A stretch of 51,950 bases of DNA from Oceanipulchritudo sp. (GCA_041623435.1 JBFJWZ010000001.1:1-51950), one strand, 5' to 3'. Positions 10,167 to 22,399 are shown, numbered from the stretch's first letter. Made by a program: numbers and translations. Notes: a model not told the origin generated them from the letters alone.

Positions 10167-11414
10167 TTATTCCTTCTCCTCCTCCGGGTTTTCCTCATCA
10201 GTTTCCTCCACGATCTCGAACCCACCCTCAGGTTCAGGGGGCATTTCAGAGAAAGTGATCTTCATTTCGAAACTGGTTCGATTCTGCACCGTCCTTGGTG
10301 TATTTTCAACCGCTGCCACAAAGGGCAGTTGCTCAATGGATCGGGCAAAGGCGTTGACCGGGGTGACCCCTTCAGGGGACTGGCCGTCAATTTCCAGTTC
10401 ATTGTAGGCATTCGTGCGCATCTTGTCGAAATAGACGGAATCCGGGCGAATCGTGTTAATGGATTCCATCAGGAGGAATGGTTTAAGGTCTTCCTCGGTG
10501 GACTGGTTGAGGCGCTCAGCAAGGGTCTTCTTATTGCTTACGCGGAGGGCTTCTGGTTCCAGTTCGTAGACCGTCTTCTCGGTGATGTGGTTGTATCCGT
10601 CGAGGGCAAAGATCAGGATTTGGAACACAAACAGCAGAATGGCTGCAATGATCGAGAACTTGAGCGCTTTCCATAGAATCTTGCTGCGCTGGCGTGTGTT
10701 GTTCTCCTTGCCTGCATAGCTGCTGTCGCGGAGATCCGCGGCCCACAGGCTGTCGGTGGAGAGGTCGAGGGTATTGACATCCAATCCTGCGGACCCGGAT
10801 TCTGAAAGATGGCGATGGGTGAACTGAACGGAACCGTTGTGAAGAATGTCGGTTTTCTGCAGCAGCCAGACACCGTCTTCCGGCTGGAAGGCATCCGTTT
10901 TCAGTTGCTTGAGGAGGACTTTACGGGCGGTGAGATAGACATCGTCTGTAAGCAGCTCACCGGGCACCTTTCTGGCAATGATTTTTTCCGGAACCGGATT
11001 GCCCGGAGAAAGGAAGATTGCTGACAGGACTCCATTCTGGGAAAGGAAGCGGATTGAAGGCTTCTCGACGGTCATCCCATTGAGGCTGATAAAGCCCGGG
11101 AACAGCTGGTAGTAAGAAGGCAGATCCTCGATACCGAGTTTCCTCAGGCGCTGTTTCGGGGTGGCGTATACGAAGACGTAATTGGATTTGCTATCCTCTA
11201 CGAAGCCCCAGACCAGCTGTTCCATCGGAAAAGGTGAATTCCCCTCAAGATCGAGTTGAATAAAGGCTAACCGCTCTTCCTTCGAGAGGCCTTCGGGAAG
11301 CTCCACCTTGCGTGTGAAAAAGGCGTCAGTCGGTACCAGCCCAACCTTCAGTTCGGGAATTTTTTCCTGAAGGCGCTCAAGTATCCGGGACATTTTGACA
11401 GGGGTTTTGCTCAT
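10167..11414 (-). CDS. gspL: GspL/PilN-like assembly protein
   Basis: Cytoplasmic N-domain (LEGNSPFPMEQLVWG), single TM, PilN-like periplasmic domain; lies between gspK and gspM. Confidence 0.6.
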   Translation of the reverse strand: MSKTPVKMSRILERLQEKIPELKVGLVPTDAFFTRKVELPEGLSKEERLAFIQLDLEGNSPFPMEQLVWGFVEDSKSNYVFVYATPKQRLRKLGIEDLPSYYQLFPGFISLNGMTVEKPSIRFLSQNGVLSAIFLSPGNPVPEKIIARKVPGELLTDDVYLTARKVLLKQLKTDAFQPEDGVWLLQKTDILHNGSVQFTHRHLSESGSAGLDVNTLDLSTDSLWAADLRDSSYAGKENNTRQRSKILWKALKFSIIAAILLFVFQILIFALDGYNHITEKTVYELEPEALRVSNKKTLAERLNQSTEEDLKPFLLMESINTIRPDSVYFDKMRTNAYNELEIDGQSPEGVTPVNAFARSIEQLPFVAAVENTPRTVQNRTSFEMKITFSEMPPEPEGGFEIVEETDEENPEEEKE

Positions 11415-11459
11415 TTCACAGAGGGCTCACATTAACGGTTTCACGGTTTTAAGTGTCGA

Positions 11460-12593
11460 TCATATTTTACGGTTCTCGGAGATCCGGACAAAAGTGAAAG
11501 GATAGCCGAGTTCTGCGGCCACGGATCCGGTGGTTCTGGCGGATCCGGTGGCCCGCTGGCGCTCCTGGGCGGCAGTCTGGGGATTATTGTTAACGATTTC
11601 GCGATTGGCCTCGTCGGCTGAACGCCCTGCCTGGCTGGTTCCGGCGACTCCCGGGTTCGATCCTGACCAGGAAACCAATGCCTCAAGGGTGAACCTGGCC
11701 TCACCCCGGTAGGCGATCACGCGGACAAGGAGGAGCTCAATCTGATCTGAAACCTCTGAGCTCTCCGCTAATAGCAGATTCTCCACTCCTTCATCCTTGC
11801 GCCACAGGCGATCGTCCTCAGTACCGGAGATTCCGTCAGACCCGTTCATGTAAAACTCAATCCGGGTTGGATCGATAAGCTGTTTCTCGTACAGGTAATC
11901 GAGAACAAGCCCGGAAGCCTGGTTCAAGTTAACAGCTCCGTTATGGTAAAGGGAAACAGCCGACTTGAAGCGGGACCATTCGGGAGTTGGCAGTCCGTCC
12001 TCGTTCCAGAACCTTTCCCTGAAGGCCTCAATCAATCTGAACTCGTCCCATGTTGTGATGGCCGAGTTGGAAGGTTTGTAAGGTGGATCCATATCATCGT
12101 AGTCATCACCGTCGAAACCATTCAAGCGGCGGTTGTCATCCTCGTCTGTCCAGTCAAGGAGTCCGTCCGCAAGTGCTTCCGCATCGGGCAGATCAAAGCC
12201 AAGGACATCGAACAAGACCAGAAGCTGTTCATATTCAAGGCTTGATAGGGGAAGTTTGGCACTTTCATCCTCAAACTGGACTTCGACTTTGGTCGAGTGG
12301 GCTGGTTCGAACTCTACCTCCTCCAGGGCTCGGTCCCATCCCTGGATCGGTCCCCACAATGCTCCCTCGACTTCCCGGTACTGGTTGATCACCGCAAGTG
12401 TGATTTCCATCGCAGAATACGCATCGGTTCGGAGGTCGTCGCGGTTATGGAACAAGCCGTAGTATTTTACCTTGGCGGTGGCCTCCTGCATGAAGGCGAC
12501 CACAATGAAGCTCATGAGGATAATGAATACCAGGACGAGGATAATGATGGATCCACGTTTACCGGATAGCCTGCCTTTGCCTCGGGTTGTCAT
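11460..12593 (-). CDS. gspK: Minor pseudopilin GspK
   Basis: KRGSIIILVL prepilin-like leader lacking E5, DESAKL, DWTDEDD acidic motif, VNLNQA. Confidence 0.85.
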   Translation of the reverse strand: MTTRGKGRLSGKRGSIIILVLVFIILMSFIVVAFMQEATAKVKYYGLFHNRDDLRTDAYSAMEITLAVINQYREVEGALWGPIQGWDRALEEVEFEPAHSTKVEVQFEDESAKLPLSSLEYEQLLVLFDVLGFDLPDAEALADGLLDWTDEDDNRRLNGFDGDDYDDMDPPYKPSNSAITTWDEFRLIEAFRERFWNEDGLPTPEWSRFKSAVSLYHNGAVNLNQASGLVLDYLYEKQLIDPTRIEFYMNGSDGISGTEDDRLWRKDEGVENLLLAESSEVSDQIELLLVRVIAYRGEARFTLEALVSWSGSNPGVAGTSQAGRSADEANREIVNNNPQTAAQERQRATGSARTTGSVAAELGYPFTFVRISENRKI

Positions 12594-12595
12594 CT

Positions 12596-13270
12596 CTAAA
12601 AAAGCGGGATTTCCAATGATCCGTGTGGGATAAGGATGGAGCGCAGGCGGGCGCCCTCATCCGGGTGAGTGAAGGTCAGGCGTATAAAGTCGGGAAGTCG
12701 GAAAGCATCATCATCATCTTCCATGGGGTCCTCGGTGATTTCCCACTCATCATCCTCCGCCTCGTAGTAGGCATAATCCAAATCGCTCACGAGATGAGAG
12801 ATGAGGGTTCTTTTCAGATCTCCGATATCCTCGATATCCTCAGCATCGAGTGCCGAATACCAGAGGATGGATAAGCCTTCGTTCTCGTCAAAGTGCAGGT
12901 AGGCCTGGATTGCCGGAAGCGGTTGGCCTTCGACAACAAGCAGGGCGGGGGCTTCAGCCTGCCGGAAGTAAAGAAGCGGGTCGTCCATGTCGCTCCAGCC
13001 CGGTGGCCGGGCCCACTCGACAGGCTGGTTCTGGTCCCCGGAATCCGTAACCGAAACAGCACTTTCCGAGGCCTCCATGACTTGGGTCAGGAAAAGAACA
13101 ACTCCGTCGACATGCTGCTCGAAATAGTCGTCATCTGTCCGGTTGATCCAGAGGTTGCTCATGGAAACAATGTGGAAGGAAAGGACAGCCATGAAGATGC
13201 CCATCAGGGTGATCGAGACGACCATCTCAATCAGGGTAAAGGCAAGGCGACTATGTAGTTGGTTTTTCAT
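12596..13270 (-). CDS. gspJ: Minor pseudopilin GspJ-like
   Basis: A|FTLIEMVV type IV pilin N-methylation motif, LPDFIRLTF C-terminal motif, position. Confidence 0.75.
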   Translation of the reverse strand: MKNQLHSRLAFTLIEMVVSITLMGIFMAVLSFHIVSMSNLWINRTDDDYFEQHVDGVVLFLTQVMEASESAVSVTDSGDQNQPVEWARPPGWSDMDDPLLYFRQAEAPALLVVEGQPLPAIQAYLHFDENEGLSILWYSALDAEDIEDIGDLKRTLISHLVSDLDYAYYEAEDDEWEITEDPMEDDDDAFRLPDFIRLTFTHPDEGARLRSILIPHGSLEIPLF

Positions 13271-13275
13271 GACGA

Positions 13276-13740
13276 CTACCAGTCCCGGTTCCTTGCCAGA
13301 TCCTCTATCCGGTCCTTCGCCTCGGCGAGAATCTCCGAGCTGTCGATTGGATCACTCCATGTCGGCCGGAGCAGGAAAAGGATCTCCTCATAGTTGATGG
13401 GTTCATCCCCCTCGGGATTTTCAAATTCGACGGCCAGTTCCAGCCGGAACAGATCGACCACCGTGGTTTCCTCCAGTTCAACCCTCCACTCGGCGCTGCC
13501 AAGGTCCAGGGTCTCGATCTCTCCACCTTCCTCAAGTTCATCCCGTTCCTGGATCTGGATGATCTGCCTGCGGACAAAGCGGATATCCTTTTGGATGTCC
13601 GATTCCGATTCCAGGTCATCCAAGGTAAGGAGGATGTTGAAGAATGTTTGCGTGAGGGCAAAAAATGCAATTCCCGCGATGGCGACAGCAATCACGACCT
13701 CGATCAGCGAGAAACCGCCTCTGGAAACCAGGCGGTTCAT
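13276..13740 (-). CDS. gspI: Minor pseudopilin GspI-like
   Basis: G|FSLIEVVIAVAI motif; position. Confidence 0.75.
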   Translation of the reverse strand: MNRLVSRGGFSLIEVVIAVAIAGIAFFALTQTFFNILLTLDDLESESDIQKDIRFVRRQIIQIQERDELEEGGEIETLDLGSAEWRVELEETTVVDLFRLELAVEFENPEGDEPINYEEILFLLRPTWSDPIDSSEILAEAKDRIEDLARNRDW

Positions 13741-14225
13741 ATGCGAGAGTCCTCTACCACGATGGCGGAAAACGGATCGTAGCGTAGCGTGTAGCTGGTG
13801 TTTCCGTCATCCACGGTGACCTGGAAGGGTGTTGAAGAGCGGTCAGGGCGGAAAACCACCTGGTAAATGGGAACGGTTTCGTCACGGAATGAATCCAGGC
13901 CTTCGGCTGGCAGGATTTGCTCGAATTTTATTTCCGGGAAATCATCGCTGGCTAGTTTTGCAAGCACTTCACTGGCGAGCAGGTTGCCAGTTGCGGACCA
14001 GGCGCCAAGGGTACCATTTTCCTCGTCGTATCGCAGGTTGACGGATTCCTTGAGGGAAGCTGCCTGAAAGCGGGCTTCCCGGATAACTTTCTGAAGGCGC
14101 CGGTCTATCGGTTCTTCACCCAGTCCTCTCAGGATCGATTCGGTATTCACCGCCACCAACGTTCCGACCAGGGCGATCAGGGCGATGACAATGATGATCT
14201 CTATAAGGGTGAAGCCACGTCGCAC
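13737..14225 (-). CDS. gspH: Minor pseudopilin GspH-like
   Basis: G|FTLIEIII motif, GTG start, position after gspG. Confidence 0.75.
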   Translation of the reverse strand: MRRGFTLIEIIIVIALIALVGTLVAVNTESILRGLGEEPIDRRLQKVIREARFQAASLKESVNLRYDEENGTLGAWSATGNLLASEVLAKLASDDFPEIKFEQILPAEGLDSFRDETVPIYQVVFRPDRSSTPFQVTVDDGNTSYTLRYDPFSAIVVEDSRI

Positions 14226-14229
14226 GTTA

Positions 14230-14676
14230 TTACCAATTTCCTATATTGTCGGCGTCCGAGCCTTTGTCCTGCCCCAGCGACCAGAGGTCGTAGGAGGATG
14301 TGTTTTGTGTTCCCGGATACTTGTATTGATATGGATTGCCCCATGGATCCAGGGGCAGTTCCTCGATATAGGGACCTTTCCATTTTCCCGAGGCACCGGA
14401 AGGCTGGTTGATCAAGGCCATGAGGCCGCCATCCTCGCTGGTCGGGTAGGAACCCATGTCGATGCGGTACTTCGTCAGTGGCAGCTTGAGTGCCCCTTCC
14501 ACAAACTGTTGTGCCACATCTTCCTGGGCGGCAAAAAAGTAGTCTGCGATCCTGGGGATGGCCAGCGTGCCAATGACAGCGATGAGAGCGATCACGATCA
14601 GCATTTCCACGAGGGAAAAGCCAGAGCGACGTGAGCGGGAGACGGTGGAATCTGAATGGCTCATTTTCTTCAACAT
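14230..14676 (-). CDS. gspG: Major pseudopilin GspG
   Basis: G|FSLVEMLIV, YRIDMGSYPT, WKGPY, DPWGNPYQY, YDLWSLG and DNIGNW GspG signatures. Confidence 0.93.
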   Translation of the reverse strand: MLKKMSHSDSTVSRSRRSGFSLVEMLIVIALIAVIGTLAIPRIADYFFAAQEDVAQQFVEGALKLPLTKYRIDMGSYPTSEDGGLMALINQPSGASGKWKGPYIEELPLDPWGNPYQYKYPGTQNTSSYDLWSLGQDKGSDADNIGNW

Positions 14677-14683
14677 ATAGGAA

Positions 14684-14711
14684 AAGCTAAGCAGATCAAT
14701 CCTTGTTGCAA
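14684..14711 (-). promoter_or_regulatory. Putative sigma70-type promoter of the T2SS operon (TTGCAA-N16-TAGCTT)
   Basis: -35 at 14711-14706 and -10 at 14689-14684 on the minus strand, 7 nt before the gspG ATG. Confidence 0.4.
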
Positions 14712-14764
14712 AGATGAATAAAATGTAATCTTGCCCTGTACTTAAAGGGCGTCGAGCCCGGTGA

Positions 14765-15904
14765 TTACCGGCCCAGGATCATCTCGATGAGCTGCCTTGG
14801 ATCCTCAGCGTAATGGAGGGCATCCAGCCTTGAGCAGATGCTTTTGTATTCCTGGCCGAAACGACACCATTCACTGACGATATGAGTCAGGTTTTCCGGG
14901 CGCTTGATGAGGCAGGCAGCGCCGTTATCGAGGAAGTAATTCACCGTACAGCGTTCCTGGGGCATCAAGCCTCCGATGGAATCATAGAGCAGGGGGCAAT
15001 CGAAGTGCAGGGCCTCCATCGTGGTATTGGCGCCTCCCCGAGTGATGACAGCATTGCTGACCTGCAGGAAATCCGTCACCCGGTTGCTGTAGCCTTCCAC
15101 ATAGGTTGCCAACTGGGGATGTTGGCTGCTCCACTGATCCACTTTCTCAAGGACAGTTTCGTTCCTGCCACAGATGACAATAACCTGCACATGGTCTGCG
15201 AGAGGGAGAAGGGCGTCCAAATAGAGCAGGTGATGGTTCGCCCCGTATCCTCCGGTGGCCAGGAAGATGATGAACTTGCTGGAATCCAAACCGAGTTGTT
15301 TCAGGTATTCCTGCTTTTCGGCCGCCTGAATCATGGGTTCAAAGCAGTCTGGCGGAAGAAATTTGTGAAAGACGCGGGTTCTTTCGGGAGCCATCCCGAG
15401 AAATTGTGCATAATCCCTGCATTGACTGGTTCGGGCGATAAAAAGATCGGCTGATGGATTGACCCAATTGCGGCTGAATCCATAGCCCCCGGAGAATTCG
15501 CCACAGTAGGTGACACAGCGGACGGAATCCCCCAGCATTCGTTTGGCATCCTCGAAATACCCCCGATTGGTGGAGTCGTGAACGCTGAGGATCAGGTCAG
15601 GCTGAAAATCGTGCAGCAACTTGCGATAATATTTTCCTCCAAAACTGACTTTTCCGGAATGGGTGAAGATAAACAGCTCGACAATAAAGAAGTAGATATT
15701 GTGGAGAGCGGGAAACAGCTTGTGAATGGTGTTATAGACCCAGACACCAAAGCGACCGAGCCAGGAACTGTTCTCGATCACTTGCTCGATGTGAACGGTG
15801 ATCGAATCCCCGTGAATCACCTTCACCCACTGTGCAAATGCAAGGGCACGCATGTCATGTCCACTGCCGGTACTGGAAGTCAGGACGAGAATGCGGGACA
15901 TCAT
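14765..15904 (-). CDS. MGDG synthase/UgtP-like glycosyltransferase (GT28)
   Basis: ILVLTSSTGSGH start, PDLILSVH, ATGGYGA, VICGRNE, ITRGGANTTMEAL, PQE..T. Confidence 0.8.
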   Translation of the reverse strand: MMSRILVLTSSTGSGHDMRALAFAQWVKVIHGDSITVHIEQVIENSSWLGRFGVWVYNTIHKLFPALHNIYFFIVELFIFTHSGKVSFGGKYYRKLLHDFQPDLILSVHDSTNRGYFEDAKRMLGDSVRCVTYCGEFSGGYGFSRNWVNPSADLFIARTSQCRDYAQFLGMAPERTRVFHKFLPPDCFEPMIQAAEKQEYLKQLGLDSSKFIIFLATGGYGANHHLLYLDALLPLADHVQVIVICGRNETVLEKVDQWSSQHPQLATYVEGYSNRVTDFLQVSNAVITRGGANTTMEALHFDCPLLYDSIGGLMPQERCTVNYFLDNGAACLIKRPENLTHIVSEWCRFGQEYKSICSRLDALHYAEDPRQLIEMILGR

Positions 15905-17160
15905 GGTTTTTCAAATGCGAGGACAACATTCACTCCCCCGAATCCGCTGCTGTTGCTAAGGACCCGCTCGGGTGCTTGTGACACAGTTTCGCGGAGGATA
16001 TTCAAGCCATTGGCCTCGGGTTCCAATTCTGAGATGTGAGCACTGCCCGGCATGAAATCATCATCCATTGCGAGCAGGCAGAAACTTGCCTCCATGATGC
16101 TGGAAAGAGAGAGGGCATGTCCGGTAAGGGCCTTTGTACTACTGATGGCGGGGGAATTTTCTTCCCCAAAAACAGATTTCAGCGCCCGGCATTCCGAAAT
16201 GTCTCCAGCTGGAGTGGAGGTGGCATGTGCATTGATGTAATCGACAGAACCCGCGTCCCAGCCGGATGCTTTCAATGCAAGTTTTAGCGCGCGTGCGAGG
16301 CCGAGACCATCCGGGTGGGATGCAGCTACATGGTAGCCATCGGTGGACTGTCCCCAGCCGCGAAAACGGGCATAGATGTGCGCAGCTCGTGCACGCGCGG
16401 TTTCCTCGTCCTCGAGGACCAGGGTCACTGCTCCTCCCGTGCCGACGAATCCGTCGCGATTGCGGTCGAATGGTCTTGATGCCGTATCGGGATCGGTGCT
16501 GGGGGAAAGCACCCGCATGGAAGCGAAAGGAACGATGGTTTCCTCTGTAAAGTCCTCTGCACCGACGACCAGCACCCGGTCCTGCCGGTTTAAGGCAATT
16601 TCGTCATGAGCAAAGCCAAGCGCATGCCCGCTGGAGGCGCAGGCGGAGACAAAACCGCTGGTGGATCCCAGAATCTTGTAGGCCGCAGCCAGGTTGAAAT
16701 TGAGGGTGCCTGCCGTGGATGCGACAATTCCCAGCGGGGAACAGCGCATTGGGCCAAAGCGCTTCATCCGGTGCAGGTGATGGTAGGTCATCGCGGCAGA
16801 ACCTGATGACGCCGTATAGAGACCGGTCCTGGTGTCCGAGACATCCTCCAATCCCAGCCCTGCATCCGCGACCGCCTGTCTAAGGGCAAAGTGGGAGTAC
16901 AGTGCATTGGGGCAAAGACCGCGCAGCTGCTCAAGGCGAAAACGGATTTCGGAGGGAAAGGTCCAGTCTTCCGGATCGGCAGATGCTGTTTCAAATTCCG
17001 GAATCGGGGCAGCCACTGTGATCGGGATGTCCGGATTATCGACAAAGGGCTGATAACGGAGAAATCCGTGCTCCAGATTACGGAGCCGCCCGGAGACAGT
17101 ATCCTTGTCTCTGCCAAGGCAGGTGACGAGTCCGATACCGGTGACTACAACATTACGCAT
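15901..17160 (-). CDS. Beta-ketoacyl-ACP synthase (FabB/FabF family)
   Basis: VVVTGIG, Cys in SACASS, His in YINAHATST, His in TKALTGH, SRPFD, NSSGFGG. Confidence 0.9.
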   Translation of the reverse strand: MRNVVVTGIGLVTCLGRDKDTVSGRLRNLEHGFLRYQPFVDNPDIPITVAAPIPEFETASADPEDWTFPSEIRFRLEQLRGLCPNALYSHFALRQAVADAGLGLEDVSDTRTGLYTASSGSAAMTYHHLHRMKRFGPMRCSPLGIVASTAGTLNFNLAAAYKILGSTSGFVSACASSGHALGFAHDEIALNRQDRVLVVGAEDFTEETIVPFASMRVLSPSTDPDTASRPFDRNRDGFVGTGGAVTLVLEDEETARARAAHIYARFRGWGQSTDGYHVAASHPDGLGLARALKLALKASGWDAGSVDYINAHATSTPAGDISECRALKSVFGEENSPAISSTKALTGHALSLSSIMEASFCLLAMDDDFMPGSAHISELEPEANGLNILRETVSQAPERVLSNSSGFGGVNVVLAFEKP

Positions 17161-17986
17161 CTGACTCGTTGTCCGCCTGGAAGGTGAGGGATATCTCCTC
17201 AGCCTTGGCCACCTTCACCCCATTGCTTGTGATGACACCTTCGAACTGTGCCAGGGGAGCGTGGACTTTCTTGAGCGTGATCTTCAGCTGGAGATCGTCC
17301 AGAGGTTTACAAAGCTTGTGGCAGCGGACACCGTCACAGGAAACAAAAAAGATTGAGTCCGGATTGATTGATCCTCCAAAGACAGGACTATCGCTTTTCA
17401 GCATGAGGAGGACCGCCAGTTGGCCGAGGGATTCCAGCATCAGGGAGGCCGGAAATACGGGATTTCCCTTGAAGTGGCCCTCAAGGAATGGCTCGTTGCC
17501 GGAGATGCGGTAGCTTCCTTCAGCGGTTGTTCCGTTGATCCGGGCCTCCTGCAGGAAAAGGAAGGGGGGCTGGTGCGGCATAACGGCCGCTAGCTCTTCA
17601 AAACTGATCAGATTTTTGTTTGATGGAACCGGCAAGCCCTTGATCTTGGCGTCCAGGTAGGACTTGATATCGCCAAGTGTCCGCAGGTTACGCAGTTCCT
17701 CATTCTCAATGTGAATGTCCAGGGTTTCCTCTACCAGGATGACAATTTCCACCATCAACAGGGAATCAATGCCAAGGTCCTCGAGGAGGCGTGTACGGTC
17801 CTGTTCCTCCTTCAATACCGGTCGGACATCTGGCTCCACAAATCGCTCGATAATACCCAGGACAATGGCAGGGACCAGCTGGGGATCACGGGATGTTCGG
17901 AACTGGATGGCGGCTTCAATTGCCCTTTCCGGGCAACGTTTCAATGAATCGCGCAGTTCCGCTTCGTTAAGTTGAGTTGTGGCCAT
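17153..17986 (-). CDS. Acyl carrier protein / FabZ-type dehydratase fusion (ORF extends to 18031; ATG at 17986 preferred)
   Basis: ACP phosphopantetheine motif DLGIDSL followed by a hot-dog dehydratase with PHQPPFLF and FLEGHFKGNPVFPASLMLE. Confidence 0.85.
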   Translation of the reverse strand: MATTQLNEAELRDSLKRCPERAIEAAIQFRTSRDPQLVPAIVLGIIERFVEPDVRPVLKEEQDRTRLLEDLGIDSLLMVEIVILVEETLDIHIENEELRNLRTLGDIKSYLDAKIKGLPVPSNKNLISFEELAAVMPHQPPFLFLQEARINGTTAEGSYRISGNEPFLEGHFKGNPVFPASLMLESLGQLAVLLMLKSDSPVFGGSINPDSIFFVSCDGVRCHKLCKPLDDLQLKITLKKVHAPLAQFEGVITSNGVKVAKAEEISLTFQADNESDA

Positions 17987-18169
17987 AGGCTGATGAAATT
18001 TGTTGGTAGTTGCGAAATCCAGGCTTTCCAACTGTTATCTGAGATAGATTCCGTGTTTATCGGTGTAAACACTGAATTTGACTTTCCATTCCTTCCTGAT
18101 TTCGCGATTTAAAGTCTCGTTTCATAAGTTGGAACAGCAAATTGTCACAAAAAGTTTCCATTTATTAGC

Positions 18170-20715
<2,546 letters not shown>

Positions 20716-20719
20716 TCTA

Positions 20720-21454
20720 TTATATCTGCCAATCAGGCTGGCCGCTCAGTTCGTGCAGGCCGCATTCGCGCTTGATCCCGCCGAACCGGGTCTCCTCTTC
20801 AGTCATGCCGGCTTGCAGTGGCTGGGTACTGTGCCAGTCCCCAACACTGACATATCCCTGCTCCCACAGGGGATGAAATGGCAGGTCGTTCGCCTGCATG
20901 TATTCATATACCTGCTTTTCCGTCCAGTCGATGATCGGGTGGATTTTCGCCGTTTTGTTCTGGCGCTGCACCACCGGCAATTCCCCCCTGGATTTCGACT
21001 GTACCCGTCGCAGACCACTCAGCCAGGCTTCCGCCCCAAGCTCAATAATGGCCCGGTTCATCGGCTCCACCTTGTTATCCCGGTTATAGGCAGCCAGCTC
21101 TTCAGCCCCCATCTCCCAACGCTTGCCGTGTATCGCTTCCTGCCGGGCTGCTGTCCACAGCGGTGTCACCACCTTCAGGTTCAGCGATAGTCGCTCCCGC
21201 AGCTCCTCCACAAAGTTGTAGGTCTCCGGGAACAGGTATCCCGTATCCACGAATATTACTGGAATATCCGCCTTCACCCGCGTCACCAGATGCAGCATCA
21301 CTGCCGACTGGATCCCAAAACTCGTCGACATGACCAGCTTCTCTCCCCATTCAGAGACCGCCCATTCCACCCGCTCACGCGCGCTCCGGCTCTCCAGCTG
21401 ATCACTCTTGTTCACTTGGTCTATCCTTTTCTGACTTGCCTTTACTGTAATCAT
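20720..21454 (-). CDS. cysH: Phosphoadenylyl-sulfate (PAPS) reductase (ORF extends to 21535; ATG at 21454 preferred)
   Basis: [38 protein letters not shown]; no Fe-S CC/CxxC motifs. Confidence 0.92.
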   Translation of the reverse strand: MITVKASQKRIDQVNKSDQLESRSARERVEWAVSEWGEKLVMSTSFGIQSAVMLHLVTRVKADIPVIFVDTGYLFPETYNFVEELRERLSLNLKVVTPLWTAARQEAIHGKRWEMGAEELAAYNRDNKVEPMNRAIIELGAEAWLSGLRRVQSKSRGELPVVQRQNKTAKIHPIIDWTEKQVYEYMQANDLPFHPLWEQGYVSVGDWHSTQPLQAGMTEEETRFGGIKRECGLHELSGQPDWQI

Positions 21455-21562
21455 TACAATGTTAGGCAAAATACTAATGATTAAGGCGCACGCCTTGGCA
21501 AGCGCAAATTGGAAAAAGGATAATCGACAGAGCATGAAACATGCTGGAGGAATAACTGTGGG

Positions 21563-22324
21563 ATGAGCAGAGGAGCAGGAACAGTATATTTAGTTGGAGC
21601 AGGACCGGGGGATCCGGAGCTGATCACGGTGAAGGGTAAGCGCTTGATCGAGAGCTGCGATGCACTGGTGTACGACTACCTGGTATACGAGGGGATGAAG
21701 GATTGGGTGCGCCCGGACTGTGAGCTGCACTACGTGGGGAAGCGCTCGGGTTTTCACTCGATTGAGCAGTCGAAAATCGAATGCCTGCTGGTCGAGTTGG
21801 CGGGTAAAGGCAAGCAGGTGGTGCGCCTGAAGGGCGGGGATCCCTTTGTCTTTGGACGTGGAGGAGAAGAGGCGGAAACCCTGAGGATGGCAGGGATATC
21901 CTATGAGGTGGTGCCAGCGGTAACGGCAGCTCTGGGTTGTGCAGCCTATAGTGGAATTCCATTGACGCACCGGGACTTCAGCAGCTCGGTCACCTTCATT
22001 TCAGGACATGAGAAGCCGGACAAGAACCAGAGCCTTGTGGACTGGGAATCCCATGCGCGAAGTGGTGCCACCCTGGTCCTTTACATGTCAATGGGCCGGC
22101 TTGAGGAAATATCAGAAAAGCTGGTCGCCGGTGGCCGGGATAGCACGACGTCAGTGATTGTGATTGAGTGGGGAACCACCCCAAGGCAAAGGAGCGTAAG
22201 GGGAACTCTCGCCGACATTGCCTGGAAGGTGAAGGAGGCGGGCCTTGGACCGCCCTCGGTCGTAATTGTCGGGCCTGTAGCGGAATTGGGTGATGTCCTG
22301 CACTGGTTTGATCCGGCCATCTAG
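21563..22324 (+). CDS. cobA: Uroporphyrinogen-III C-methyltransferase
   Basis: [40 protein letters not shown]; GGAGG upstream. Confidence 0.93.
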   Translation: MSRGAGTVYLVGAGPGDPELITVKGKRLIESCDALVYDYLVYEGMKDWVRPDCELHYVGKRSGFHSIEQSKIECLLVELAGKGKQVVRLKGGDPFVFGRGGEEAETLRMAGISYEVVPAVTAALGCAAYSGIPLTHRDFSSSVTFISGHEKPDKNQSLVDWESHARSGATLVLYMSMGRLEEISEKLVAGGRDSTTSVIVIEWGTTPRQRSVRGTLADIAWKVKEAGLGPPSVVIVGPVAELGDVLHWFDPAI

Positions 22325-22339
22325 ACTGGAACCGGGCAC

Positions 22340-22370
22340 AAAAAAACCGGCGGGGGAAGCCCAGCCGGTT
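22340..22370 (-). terminator. Rho-independent terminator after rpmB
   Basis: Minus strand AACCGGC-TGGG-CTTC-CCCC-GCCGGTT followed by a T-run. Confidence 0.75.
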
Positions 22371-22399
22371 GAAAGTGTAGACCGCTAGCGAAAAAGCGC

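Noticed and set aside
3940-10676. Long + strand ORFs such as 3940-4905, 7301-7945, 8606-9298 and 9738-10676
   Set aside because: Antisense to well-supported gsp genes, with no motifs; expected shadows in GC-rich coding DNA
21496-21514. TTGGCAAGCGCAAATTGG as a sigma-54 -24/-12 promoter
   Set aside because: No GC at the -12 position with correct spacing; more likely a -35 (TTGCCA) on the opposite strand
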